Below, piece by piece: positions 9,131 to 18,557 of a stretch of DNA of 64,000 nt. The stretch covers positions 7,916-71,915 of the forward strand of contig JBARSJ010000320.1 of assembly GCA_049644685.1 (NCBI GenBank). The letters run 5' to 3'. The position numbers and the translations under genes are program-made. The notes beneath the pieces are model-generated. The model was not told where the DNA came from, ran no database searches, and saw only the letters and a program-made list of their open reading frames with translations. The number at the start of each line of letters is the position of its first letter. The stretch's first letter is position 1. The stretch comes from Anaerolineales bacterium. GTDB lineage: Bacteria; Chloroflexota; Anaerolineae; Anaerolineales; UBA11858.

Positions 9131-9154
9131 ATTAAATCTGATTCTGGACTGACG

Positions 9155-9201
9155 AATCTTCCTTTCCCGTTCCGACCAAGGAACTCGGAAGGAAGATTTT
9201 T
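9155..9201 (+). terminator. Rho-independent terminator after spoVS
   Basis: AATCTTCCTT ... AAGGAAGATT stem followed by TTTTT. Confidence 0.6.
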
Positions 9202-9423
9202 GTATCTTAAAAGGTTCTGCTAATTTTCTCGCCTAAGTACAAATCCCCTGCTAATGAAATTTGCCTCTGATTATTGCCCGTGGTAGAATCAAGGTGCAAT
9301 TTGATTACCAGAATCCATCCTTGAAAAAATTGATTTGGATGGGTTATGCCATAGTTTTTTTGCTTGTTGGGAAGATGCAATCGGTGTGCTCCAGACAAGC
9401 AATTTAATAGGAGTGTGGTGAAA

Positions 9424-10311
9424 GTGGAGTCTCAAGTAAGCACCTATACAACAAAAAAAGGCTTAGCTCAAATGCTTAAGGGCGGCGTGATAATGGATGT
9501 TGTCACAGCAGATCACGCAAAGATAGCAGAAGAAGCTGGCGCAGTTGCCGTTATGGCTTTAGAGAGAGTCCCAGCAGATATCAGAGCTGATGGTGGTGTT
9601 GCTCGAATGAGCGCCCCCGAGCTGATCACGGAAATAATGAAAAGTGTCTCAATTCCAGTGATGGCCAAAGTCCGCATCGGGCACTTTGTTGAAGCCCAAA
9701 TTCTGGAAGCCCTGGAAGTTGATTTCATTGACGAATCCGAGGTATTAACGCCTGCTGATGAAGCCCACCATATAAACAAACACCAGTTTAAAACCCCCTT
9801 TGTCTGTGGATGTAGAGATTTAGGGGAAGCCCTGCGCAGGATAGGTGAAGGAGCAGCCATGATCCGGACAAAAGGGGAAGCCGGAACCGGGGATGTGGTC
9901 GAGGCTGTCCGGCACGCCAGAACGGTTTTTGGAGAAATCAAGCAGCTGTGTAATATGCCAGAAGAAGAGCTGATGACTTTTGCCAAGAATATCGGGGCCC
10001 CGTTTGAACTTGTCAAAGAAACCCGAGAGCTCGGCCGGCTCCCTGTGGTAAATTTTGCTGCCGGAGGAATAGCTACACCCGCAGACGCAGCTTTAATGAT
10101 GCAATTGGGTGTTGACGGCGTATTTGTCGGATCTGGTATCTTTAAAGCCGGGAATCCAGCCAAGCGTGGTGAAGCGATAGTTAAAGCGGTTACTCATTAC
10201 AATAACCCGGAAATTCTCGCTGAGATCAGCAGGAATTTAGGTGAGGCAATGGTTGGCAAGAATGTATCCGAATTGGCAGATAATGAGCACCTGGCCGACC
10301 GCGGTTGGTAG
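9424..10311 (+). CDS. pdxS: Pyridoxal 5'-phosphate synthase lyase subunit PdxS
   Basis: Full-length PdxS similarity ([13 protein letters not shown]..., [29 protein letters not shown]). A GTG at 9424 with AGGAG 9 nt upstream gives 295 aa. The track start at 9364 adds a non-homologous extension. Confidence 0.95.
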   Translation: MESQVSTYTTKKGLAQMLKGGVIMDVVTADHAKIAEEAGAVAVMALERVPADIRADGGVARMSAPELITEIMKSVSIPVMAKVRIGHFVEAQILEALEVDFIDESEVLTPADEAHHINKHQFKTPFVCGCRDLGEALRRIGEGAAMIRTKGEAGTGDVVEAVRHARTVFGEIKQLCNMPEEELMTFAKNIGAPFELVKETRELGRLPVVNFAAGGIATPADAALMMQLGVDGVFVGSGIFKAGNPAKRGEAIVKAVTHYNNPEILAEISRNLGEAMVGKNVSELADNEHLADRGW

Positions 10312-10344
10312 AGCTATTTTGACATTCGATTAAACTTTATACCT

Positions 10345-10974
10345 ATGAAAGAATCCCGACCGCCATTTGATCCACGGAACCTGAGGGTAGGTGTCCTGGC
10401 TTTACAAGGTTCATATCAGGAACATCTGGCAGTCCTTACTGGAATAGGTGTTCAGTCTGTTGAAGTTAGACTGCCGGAACAGATCCAGGATCTGGACGGG
10501 ATCATAATTCCCGGTGGCGAATCAACTACAATAGGAAAACTTGCAGTTGATTTTGATCTCTTGGAACCCCTGCGTGATTTCGGAAAAAAGAAGGTGATCT
10601 GGGGTACCTGTGCCGGCGCGATCTTCCTTTCTAAAGACGCTCACCGGAACCAACCTTTGCTTGAATTAATGGATATCACTGTTGACCGGAATGCATTCGG
10701 GAGACAAATTGCCAGTTTTGAAACTGAGTTGGATATTCCTGCACTGGAGGTTATATCTTCCATTCCGGCCCCCTTCCCTGGAATTTTCATCCGGGCGCCG
10801 CTAATCACCGCAGTTGAAGGCGAAGCAGAAGCGCTAGCAAAGTTACCAGATGGGCGGATAGTTGCAGCCAGGCAAGAACATTTGCTTGCTACAGCCTTCC
10901 ACCCTGAACTTTCTGACGATGATCGTGTTCACCGCTATTTTTTACACCTAATTCAAGAAAATAGCGGACGTTGA
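10345..10974 (+). CDS. pdxT: Pyridoxal 5'-phosphate synthase glutaminase subunit PdxT
   Basis: 209 aa. GVLALQGSYQEH, GGESTT, WGTCAGAI (catalytic Cys), FHPEL. Confidence 0.93.
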   Translation: MKESRPPFDPRNLRVGVLALQGSYQEHLAVLTGIGVQSVEVRLPEQIQDLDGIIIPGGESTTIGKLAVDFDLLEPLRDFGKKKVIWGTCAGAIFLSKDAHRNQPLLELMDITVDRNAFGRQIASFETELDIPALEVISSIPAPFPGIFIRAPLITAVEGEAEALAKLPDGRIVAARQEHLLATAFHPELSDDDRVHRYFLHLIQENSGR

Positions 10975-10986
10975 GATTTTAACTTT

Positions 10987-11925
10987 ATGGCACGAAGTAT
11001 TGCGTGGAAGGATTTATATACCTTACTGCGCTACCAAAAACAGCAGCTGTATCTGGATAATACCCTCAGGTTGGTTTACAATCCGGGTTTGTTTTCATGT
11101 GCCCTGCTCTCCATAACTGCCCCCTCCAGCGGATTTTTTACGGCAGTTCACCCCCTTGATTCTGAATCTTTCCCCTTATTAATTGGCCAAATCTATCATT
11201 CCCCTGCAAGTTTATCAGCCCGGCTAGTATTCCTGGCACCGATGGAAATGAGTTCACAGACTGGAACCGGGAAATTGCTTTCACTGCTCACGGCCCAGGC
11301 GGGAGAACGAGGTGCTGTACAGGTTCTGGCAGAAGTTCCCCTCAATGTACTTGAGGAAAATATTCTCTACCAGGCTGGTTTTCGTGCCTATGCAGAACAG
11401 CAGATCTGGAAATTCCCCCGGGGATTCGCACTTGGCACAGGAAAAAAATCCTGGAAGCCAATTACAAGAGGGGATGATGATCAGATTGTATCGTTATACC
11501 AGAGGATCGTACCCGGTGCGGTCCAGCGGGTGGAACCTCCACCTACTTTCCCCAAAATTGAAGGTATGATTTGTTGGCACGAAGGGAGAATAGCAGGATT
11601 TGCGGAAACCAGATTTGGTCCTAATGGCATCCTGGTGGATATAATTCTGGAGCCGCAGTTATCTGACATGGATGAATATCTGGCGGCATTGTTCACCAAT
11701 TTACCTTACCGTAATACACATGATGTTTACCTTCGGATCCGTTCCTATCAGGAGAGAATCGCTTCAGCCCTGGAAAGAGCCGGAGCCGATCCTGGACCAG
11801 AACAAAGAGCAGTGGTGAAAAGACTGGCTGTCCACTATAATGCCAAACAGACCTTCAACTACCAAGCCTTTGAAAAACAGCCGGATATCACAACCCCGAT
11901 ATCCAATACAGAAATTAAGAACTGA
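10987..11925 (+). CDS. Hypothetical protein with GNAT-like segment
   Basis: 312 aa. The stretch LLSLLTAQAGERGAVQVLAEVPLNVLEENILYQAGFRAY resembles a GNAT core. The ORF abuts the next gene with a 2-nt gap. Confidence 0.45.
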   Translation: MARSIAWKDLYTLLRYQKQQLYLDNTLRLVYNPGLFSCALLSITAPSSGFFTAVHPLDSESFPLLIGQIYHSPASLSARLVFLAPMEMSSQTGTGKLLSLLTAQAGERGAVQVLAEVPLNVLEENILYQAGFRAYAEQQIWKFPRGFALGTGKKSWKPITRGDDDQIVSLYQRIVPGAVQRVEPPPTFPKIEGMICWHEGRIAGFAETRFGPNGILVDIILEPQLSDMDEYLAALFTNLPYRNTHDVYLRIRSYQERIASALERAGADPGPEQRAVVKRLAVHYNAKQTFNYQAFEKQPDITTPISNTEIKN

Positions 11926-11927
11926 TT

Positions 11928-13490
11928 ATGTCAAACCACCGCATTACTGACAACTTAGATTCATTATTTGAAGTCTTGCCGCCTGAAATCAGCAAGTCAA
12001 TTGTGGTAGAAGAAAAGAATGCTGATTTGATTGAGGTCATTCTCGATCTTGGACGCGTTCCAACTGCGCGATTTTCTGGAGAGGAATTTGAATTGAGCGG
12101 CAGTGAGATCACCCGCAAGGATATTGGATATGTCGTTAAGCGGATCGGTGAATTTGACGGCGATAACCGAGCCGGTTTGGAACGCACCCTGCATAGAATT
12201 GCCGCTCTCCGGAACCGCACAGGAGAAATCGTCGGTTTGACTTGCCGGGTTGGGCGAGCGGTTTATGGAACGACGGATATCGTCAAAGATTTGATCGAAA
12301 GTGGTAAAAGTTTGCTGATTTTAGGTCGCCCGGGGGTGGGAAAAACAACCATGCTGCGGGAAGCGGCCAGGATTCTAGCGGAGAACAGAAGGGTGGTGAT
12401 AGTAGATACCTCCAATGAAATTGCGGGTGATGGGGATGTTCCCCACCCTGCCATCGGAAAAGCCCGCCGGATGCAGGTTGCCCAGCCCTCTCTTCAGCAT
12501 GAAGTGATGATTGAAGCGGTGGAAAACCACAACCCGGAAGTAATTGTAATTGATGAAATTGGAAGAGAATTGGAAGCCCTGGCTGCCCGCACCATAGCAG
12601 AACGTGGGGTGCAGTTGATTGGGACAGCTCACGGAAATACTCTTCAGAACCTGTTGATAAATCCAACCCTGGCAGACCTTGTAGGGGGAATCGAATCGGT
12701 TACACTTTCTGACGAGGAAGCCAGACGGAGGGGAACTCAAAAAACCGTCCTGGAACGTCGATCCAATCCCACTTTTCATGTTTTAATTGAAATCCAAACC
12801 AGAGACAGCCTGGCAATTCATCAAGATGTCGCCACAGCTGTAGATTCACTTCTGCGAGGTGAACTGCTTATACCTGAAGTCAGGTCCCGGTCAGAAGACG
12901 GTGAAATTAAAATAAAAAAAACTCCTACCCGCCCCCTATTACAGAGTATAGGAGTAGACCCCACCCCCCAGAACGAGTTTGCTGGCGGTGAACCGCAATG
13001 GCAGCTGGACCATGAAGAGTTGGAAACTTTACCGGTTTTTACTTATGGCGTTGCCCGCGACCGGATGCTGAAAGCAGCCAAAAACCTGAATGTTCCAATC
13101 TCCATTGAAAAGCATGTCAAGGATGCCCGAATAGCAGTCACCCTGAAACATCATTACCGGGATAATCCCAAGGCGATTGCAGAAGCAGAAGAACTGGGCT
13201 TGCCAATTTATGTCTTGCGATCTAATACAGCCAAAAGAATGGAGCATTTATTAAAGGATGTTTTTAATCTGAAAAATGGCTCTCTTTCTAAAAGTGATGA
13301 ACAGACACTGCAGCAAACCCAGGGCGCCATCCAGGCAGTGCTGAATGGAGAACGCTGGGTGGAACTGCCACCAGCTTCATCTTATATCAGACGTCTTCAG
13401 CACCAGATGGTGAACCAAGCCAACCTGGTTTCTCATTCTTACGGGAAAGATCCCAACCGGAGAGTGAGAATTTTCAGGGAAGAATCGTAA
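11928..13490 (+). CDS. AAA/P-loop ATPase with C-terminal R3H domain (Ycf45/SpoIIIAA-like)
   Basis: Walker A GRPGVGKTT, Walker B VIVIDEIG, and a C-terminal R3H-like LPPASSYIRRLQHQMVNQANLVSHSYGKDPNRRVRIF. Confidence 0.8.
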   Translation: MSNHRITDNLDSLFEVLPPEISKSIVVEEKNADLIEVILDLGRVPTARFSGEEFELSGSEITRKDIGYVVKRIGEFDGDNRAGLERTLHRIAALRNRTGEIVGLTCRVGRAVYGTTDIVKDLIESGKSLLILGRPGVGKTTMLREAARILAENRRVVIVDTSNEIAGDGDVPHPAIGKARRMQVAQPSLQHEVMIEAVENHNPEVIVIDEIGRELEALAARTIAERGVQLIGTAHGNTLQNLLINPTLADLVGGIESVTLSDEEARRRGTQKTVLERRSNPTFHVLIEIQTRDSLAIHQDVATAVDSLLRGELLIPEVRSRSEDGEIKIKKTPTRPLLQSIGVDPTPQNEFAGGEPQWQLDHEELETLPVFTYGVARDRMLKAAKNLNVPISIEKHVKDARIAVTLKHHYRDNPKAIAEAEELGLPIYVLRSNTAKRMEHLLKDVFNLKNGSLSKSDEQTLQQTQGAIQAVLNGERWVELPPASSYIRRLQHQMVNQANLVSHSYGKDPNRRVRIFREES

Positions 13491-13532
13491 TTATCCATTA
13501 ACTGGTAGAGGAAGAGCTGAAAAAGCATAGAG

Positions 13533-14192
13533 TTGGAAACTCATCAATCAATGCAGAGTAAAACGGGAAAATTTATCACCTTCGAAGGTCCTGACGGCAG
13601 CGGAAAAACCGCTCAGATGGATATTATGGCTGAGCTGTTAATTCAGGATGGATATCCAATATTGACAACAAGGGAACCCGGCGGGACACTCATTGGGGAT
13701 CAGATTCGGGAAACTCTGCTGGACCTGAAAAACACAGCCATGGTGGATCGCACCGAAGCATTGCTCTACCAGGCAGCCCGGGCTCAGCTGGTTGATGAAA
13801 TTATTAAACCGCATCTGGCTTCAGGCGGCATCGTGTTGTGCGACCGCTATGCGGATTCTACTCTGGCATACCAGGGTTATGGCCATAGGAATACCGTGGA
13901 ATCGCTGCAGGGGATAATTTATTATGCAACCGGGGGATTAACCCCTGACTTGACACTCCTGCTGGACCTGGAACCGGAAGTAGGCTTACAACGCCGGCTG
14001 GATGCGGGAGGACTCAATCGGCTGGATGCCTACGATATAAACTTTCACCACCGGGTTAGAGCTGGATATCTTGAGTTGGTGAAGGCAGACCCTGATCGCT
14101 GGATAATTGTGGATGCCGACCGCTCATTTGATGAAGTCCAGGCAGAACTGTGGAAAATTCTCCTGCAGTGGCTGAAAGCGTCCGGGTATTAA
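13533..14192 (+). CDS. tmk: dTMP kinase
   Basis: FITFEGPDGSGKT, REPGGT, DRY motifs. The true start may be the ATG at 13551 rather than the TTG at 13533. Confidence 0.9.
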   Translation: METHQSMQSKTGKFITFEGPDGSGKTAQMDIMAELLIQDGYPILTTREPGGTLIGDQIRETLLDLKNTAMVDRTEALLYQAARAQLVDEIIKPHLASGGIVLCDRYADSTLAYQGYGHRNTVESLQGIIYYATGGLTPDLTLLLDLEPEVGLQRRLDAGGLNRLDAYDINFHHRVRAGYLELVKADPDRWIIVDADRSFDEVQAELWKILLQWLKASGY

Positions 14193-14240
14193 TGACAGGG
14201 GAAGGATTGTTAAAGGTTGATTTACTTGCTGGGTTCAGAT

Positions 14241-14633
14241 TTACAGATCAAGACCGGGATTGAGATCGCCCCCGTCAGAGCCCAGATCCGGAAGATCGCG
14301 TTCAATGTCCTCGGGAGATTGACCTTTTTCCAACCGGTTGACCACCTCATCAAATTCGGGGCCCATATCTTCCCCTAATTCCCGGCTCATCTGGCGCATC
14401 ATCTGTCCAAGTGCCTGGGGATCATCATCCAGCCCCGCTAATTGTTCCGGGTCAGCCAGCGATTCCAGCCTGGCTTCATCTGAACGGGCAACCCGGACAG
14501 GTTTGATTATCCGCTTGATATGCGTGCTCTCACACTTGGGACAACCCATTGTCTGGGATCCGTATTCCTGATAGGTCAGGAATATTTCAAAAATTTGATT
14601 ACAATCAGTACAATAGTATTCGTAATTTGGCAT
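14241..14633 (-). CDS. FmdB-family zinc-ribbon protein
   Basis: MPNYEYYCTDCNQIFE...CPKCES zinc ribbon followed by an acidic tail. Confidence 0.8.
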   Translation of the reverse strand: MPNYEYYCTDCNQIFEIFLTYQEYGSQTMGCPKCESTHIKRIIKPVRVARSDEARLESLADPEQLAGLDDDPQALGQMMRQMSRELGEDMGPEFDEVVNRLEKGQSPEDIERDLPDLGSDGGDLNPGLDL

Positions 14634-14695
14634 ACAGCTGACTCCAAAAAGTGGAAATTGTACGCTCCAATTATAATGGATAAGGATATTTTGTT

Positions 14696-15328
14696 ATGAA
14701 TGACAACTCATCGGCTTCTGTTTTTAATCTGAATCCGCCTAACCCTCTATTAATTGTGATCTCCGGTCCTTCCGGGGTGGGGAAAGATTCTGTGCTGGAG
14801 GTGATGAAATCTCGTGGTTTGCCTTTTCATTTTGTAATCACTGCCACAACCCGCAAACCCCGTCCAGAGGAAGTAGATGGGGAGGACTATTTTTTCCTCT
14901 CCGAAGATGAATTCGCCAGAATGATTAATGAAGGAGAACTGCTCGAATATGCAGTAGTTTATCAAGATTACAAGGGCATTCCAAAATCACAGGTAAGAGA
15001 AGCTCTGGCAAGCGGGAAAAATGTCATCATGAGGATCGATGTCCAGGGAGCTGAAACTGTGCGGAATCTGGCTGAGGACGCGCTGTTGATTTTTTTGTCA
15101 CCCCAGAGTGACGAAGAGTTGATTAATCGCCTAAAAAAGAGAAATACAGAAACCAAAGAAAGTCTTAAATTGAGAATTGCAACCACACGCCAGGAGTTTA
15201 AGAAGATTGAGCTGTTTGATTATATTGTGGTGAATAGAGATGACCGCTTAAACGAGACCGTAGATGCGATTGAAGCCATAATCAAAGCAGAACAACAGCG
15301 AGTTTACCAACGAGAAGTAAATTTATGA
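14696..15328 (+). CDS. gmk: Guanylate kinase
   Basis: ISGPSGVGKDS P-loop, TTRKPRPEEVDGEDYFF. The stop overlaps the next ATG (ATGA, 4-nt overlap). Confidence 0.93.
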   Translation: MNDNSSASVFNLNPPNPLLIVISGPSGVGKDSVLEVMKSRGLPFHFVITATTRKPRPEEVDGEDYFFLSEDEFARMINEGELLEYAVVYQDYKGIPKSQVREALASGKNVIMRIDVQGAETVRNLAEDALLIFLSPQSDEELINRLKKRNTETKESLKLRIATTRQEFKKIELFDYIVVNRDDRLNETVDAIEAIIKAEQQRVYQREVNL

Positions 15329-16377
15329 ACCAGAGTTATTTACCCGTTTCCTCAGAAAAAAATGATCCAGGTCAGCAGTTAGTATCCATCATCCTCTCTG
15401 AAATCTCCCGGAAAAATAATATAGATTTATCTCAGGATCCTGTTGCGCTGGAGCGGATCAAGGACGCTGTGGAGAAAGCCAGATTGGAGCTGGACACAAA
15501 TCCCCAGACAGAGATAAACCTTCCTTCTATCAGTGCGAACGCTTCCGGTCCAATAAATTTCCAAAGGGCGGTGACCCGGGATGATCTTTACCCGCCTGGA
15601 TCAGACTCGGAAAATTTAGGACGGCATCAGGAACGGGTGGACGGATACACAAGTCAAGCCCAACCATCCCTGAGAATTAAGCTGCCTGACCGGAAACCGC
15701 TGGTTACCTACTCTTTGATGGTCATTAATGTGGTTTTGTATCTGCTTCAAATTCTGACCGATTATCTGGTAGGTTTTGATGTTCCAGCAGCGATAGGTTT
15801 AAAAATAAACGAGTTGATTTTAGCAGGTCAGTATTGGCGGCTGGTAACGCCCATGTTCCTGCATGGATCAATTATTCATCTTGGATTTAATATGTATGCC
15901 CTTTATATCCTGGGAAGAAGGGTGGAGCGCTTCTTTGGATCATTCCGTTTCCTGGGATTATATTTAATCGCCGGTATTGCTGGAAATATGTTTTCTTTCT
16001 TCTTTACCCCGGCCCCTTCTCTGGGATCATCTACGGCGATCTTTGGCATCTTAGGGGCAGAAGGCGTGTTTATCTACCAGCATAGAAAATTAATCGGGGA
16101 TCAATCCCGGGTTGCTCTCTGGCAAATTATCCAGGTCGCAGCGGTGAATCTCTTTATTGGTATGTATCCCGGGATTGATAACTGGGGACATATCGGAGGA
16201 CTGATTGGGGGAGCAATTTTCACCTGGTTCACAGGACCCGTTTTTCAGGTTCTGGGTGCCCCTCCGCTGCTCCGACTGGAGGACAAACGGGCCAACGAAA
16301 CCATCGGGATTGGATTTGCCCTTCAGCTTATTGTGCTGATTGGTCTAATTGCCCTGATTATCTATTTTAGAAGTTAA
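15325..16377 (+). CDS. Rhomboid-family intramembrane serine protease with Hsp70-IIB-like N-terminal domain
   Basis: Rhomboid core: WRLVTPMFLHGSIIHLGFNM, GSSTAIFG (catalytic Ser), HIGGLIGG (catalytic His), 6 TM helices. See the finding at 15379-15588 for the N-terminal module. Confidence 0.85.
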   Translation: MNQSYLPVSSEKNDPGQQLVSIILSEISRKNNIDLSQDPVALERIKDAVEKARLELDTNPQTEINLPSISANASGPINFQRAVTRDDLYPPGSDSENLGRHQERVDGYTSQAQPSLRIKLPDRKPLVTYSLMVINVVLYLLQILTDYLVGFDVPAAIGLKINELILAGQYWRLVTPMFLHGSIIHLGFNMYALYILGRRVERFFGSFRFLGLYLIAGIAGNMFSFFFTPAPSLGSSTAIFGILGAEGVFIYQHRKLIGDQSRVALWQIIQVAAVNLFIGMYPGIDNWGHIGGLIGGAIFTWFTGPVFQVLGAPPLLRLEDKRANETIGIGFALQLIVLIGLIALIIYFRS

Positions 16378-16550
16378 TTAACCAAAACCCGTGGATCCTC
16401 TTGGTTGATTTCATTACTTGTCCACCCTGTATAGAAACTCGGGATCATTGACTGGGTTCTTGCCATCTGGTAAAATTTTCCGCGTCTTGTGCGTTGTACC
16501 CTTCGCACCAGATATACTCTATTCAAATTTAGTAGAAAGGGCTAGAGACC

Positions 16551-17195
16551 ATGAAAGTATTGCTGTTAGAAGACGTGTATAAGTTGGGCCGTGCCGGGGA
16601 TGTAAAAAAAGTAGCTCCCGGTTATGCCCGGAATTACCTGATGCCCCAGGGACTGGTTGTTTTGGCAACCCCTGGCGCTATTAAGCAGGCTGGCCGCATC
16701 AAGAAACACGGTGAAGTAAAACGAGCCAAGGTGAATCAGGAATTAGGCGGCGTTGCAGAGCAGCTGGAAGGAAAACTTTTCCTTTTTGCTGCCAAGGCCA
16801 GTGAAACCCGCCGGTTGTATGGCTCTATTAACACCCAGATGATCGCTGAAAAGGTCAGCGAGGAAATCGGAGTGACCGTGGAAGCCAAACAGATTGAATC
16901 CCAGCCTTTGCGTATGATCGGAAAACATGATGTGTCAGTCCGCCTGACAGTGGACCTGATCCCGAAAATTGAAATCATCGTTCACCGTGAAGGCGAATCA
17001 CCCGAATCCGCTCTGGAAGAAGAAGAACAGGAAGCGCTGAGAGTGGAAGAAGCCCTGGTTGACATCTTCGATGATGAAGACATTGATCAGGATTTTGAAA
17101 CCGATGATGTGGCTGACGAGAGTGAGCCTGCTGCTGAAGCTGATCTGGCTGAAGAGGTTGCGGAAGTGGAAATTGAGGAAGGCGAGACTGAGTAA
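16551..17195 (+). CDS. rplI: 50S ribosomal protein L9 with long acidic C-terminal extension
   Basis: MKVLLLEDVYKLGRAGDVKKVAPGYARNYLMPQGL is the canonical L9 N-terminus. The ORF is 214 aa against the usual ~148 aa. Confidence 0.92.
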   Translation: MKVLLLEDVYKLGRAGDVKKVAPGYARNYLMPQGLVVLATPGAIKQAGRIKKHGEVKRAKVNQELGGVAEQLEGKLFLFAAKASETRRLYGSINTQMIAEKVSEEIGVTVEAKQIESQPLRMIGKHDVSVRLTVDLIPKIEIIVHREGESPESALEEEEQEALRVEEALVDIFDDEDIDQDFETDDVADESEPAAEADLAEEVAEVEIEEGETE

Positions 17196-17223
17196 GAGTT
17201 CTCCAGCCTGTAGATGAAAAAAA

Positions 17224-17270
17224 ACCGGTCTGGGATCAGCCAAACAGCTGGCCAGACCGGTCTTTGTATT
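17224..17270 (+). terminator. Rho-independent terminator after rplI
   Basis: ACCGGTCTGG ... CCAGACCGGT stem followed by CTTTGTATT. Confidence 0.6.
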
Positions 17271-17275
17271 GAAAT

Positions 17276-18529
17276 ATGATTGAAAACAAACTCTCGATTG
17301 GGCAGATATTAAAACAATCCCGGGAAGAACAGAAACTATCATTAGATGAGATTTCTGTTTTAACGCGGGTCAGGGTGAAGTATTTAACCGCGATTGAAGC
17401 GGATAATTTTGATGTTCTACCCTCCTCTGTGCAGCAAAAAGGGTTTGTCCGGGCTTATGCCAGAGCCCTTGCTCTGGATCCTTCCCCCCTGATCGCTCAA
17501 TTGAGATTAGCTGAAGTTGGGGAAATTTCCGGCGAACCTAAACCTCCTCAAGACGAATCTATAACACCCCCAGCGCCTAAAGATGCTCAACCCCTGGGAG
17601 AGATTGGGACAATATTAAAAACCCAGCGGGAAAGATTGGGCTTTGCACTATCAAATGTAGAAAACCAGATATTTATTCCGGAACGCTACTTGACAGCAAT
17701 TGAGAAAGGCAGTCTTGAAGAGCTGCCCTCCACTGTTCAGGGTAGAGGGATGGTTAAGAATTATGCTCAATTCCTGGGTTTGGATCCAGAACCGTTATTA
17801 TTAAACTATGCAGAAGTGTTACAGACCCGGTTATCTAAGGTCCGTAAGCACCAACCTGATACTAGAAGTTCTTTTTCCCTGAGGGTTTGGTTACGCCGCT
17901 TTATCGCCAGTCCGACGATATTATGGGTTGGGGCAGTGCTGTTGATTGTCAGTGTGTCGATCTGGTCCAGTGTGCTGATATTTGGGAATCAAGGAGCAGC
18001 TTCTGAATCCACTGCAACCATTCCCGGCGTAGCGGATATATTGCTGCCGTCCCTCACTCACACACCAACCCCGGAGCAGCCTCTATCTACATCGGGGGAG
18101 ATTGAAGTTGAAGTAGCTCTTACCCCGGAACCTGCAGATCCTGAGGTTGAGGAAGGAGAGCCAACATCCACTCCCCAGTTGACAGGGAATGAAAAAGTTC
18201 AGATTCAGTTGATCCTCATTCAGAGATCTTGGGTGAGGGTAACGGTTGATAATATCTTGGCTTTTGAAGGCAGGTTGCTCCCGGGAAGCGTAAAATTATT
18301 TGGCGGGGAATTGAGTATCGAAATTCTGACCGGGAACGCTGGCGGCGTTAAAGTGATCTATAACCAGCGTGATCTGGGTGTTATGGGTCTTTTCGGCGAG
18401 GTAATTAACCGGGTATATACAGCTGAAGGAATAGTCACGCCAACACCATTAGTTTCATTTACACCGACTCCAACTGAAACACCCGCGGTTACTTCTACAC
18501 CAACACAAACAACAACCCCGGTGCCGTAG
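17276..18529 (+). CDS. RodZ-like cytoskeleton protein with duplicated HTH module
   Basis: Two Xre/RodZ-type HTH units, one TM helix, a Pro/Thr/Glu linker and a C-terminal DUF4115-like beta domain (VQIQLILIQRSWVRVTVDN...GNAGGVKVIYNQRDLG). Confidence 0.75.
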   Translation: MIENKLSIGQILKQSREEQKLSLDEISVLTRVRVKYLTAIEADNFDVLPSSVQQKGFVRAYARALALDPSPLIAQLRLAEVGEISGEPKPPQDESITPPAPKDAQPLGEIGTILKTQRERLGFALSNVENQIFIPERYLTAIEKGSLEELPSTVQGRGMVKNYAQFLGLDPEPLLLNYAEVLQTRLSKVRKHQPDTRSSFSLRVWLRRFIASPTILWVGAVLLIVSVSIWSSVLIFGNQGAASESTATIPGVADILLPSLTHTPTPEQPLSTSGEIEVEVALTPEPADPEVEEGEPTSTPQLTGNEKVQIQLILIQRSWVRVTVDNILAFEGRLLPGSVKLFGGELSIEILTGNAGGVKVIYNQRDLGVMGLFGEVINRVYTAEGIVTPTPLVSFTPTPTETPAVTSTPTQTTTPVP

Positions 18530-18557
18530 CAAACATATCTGGAATAACAATCAATTA

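Noticed and set aside
9513-10163. 216-aa minus-strand ORF.
   Set aside because: It is antisense to pdxS, and the product is a low-complexity Ser/Ala/Pro string.
10987-13490. The GNAT-like hypothetical plus AAA/R3H ATPase pair, considered as a possible two-gene accessory or defence module.
   Set aside because: The ATPase matches the widely conserved Ycf45/SpoIIIAA-like housekeeping family. The pair is embedded in a co-directional run of core genes (pdxST ... tmk) with normal composition.
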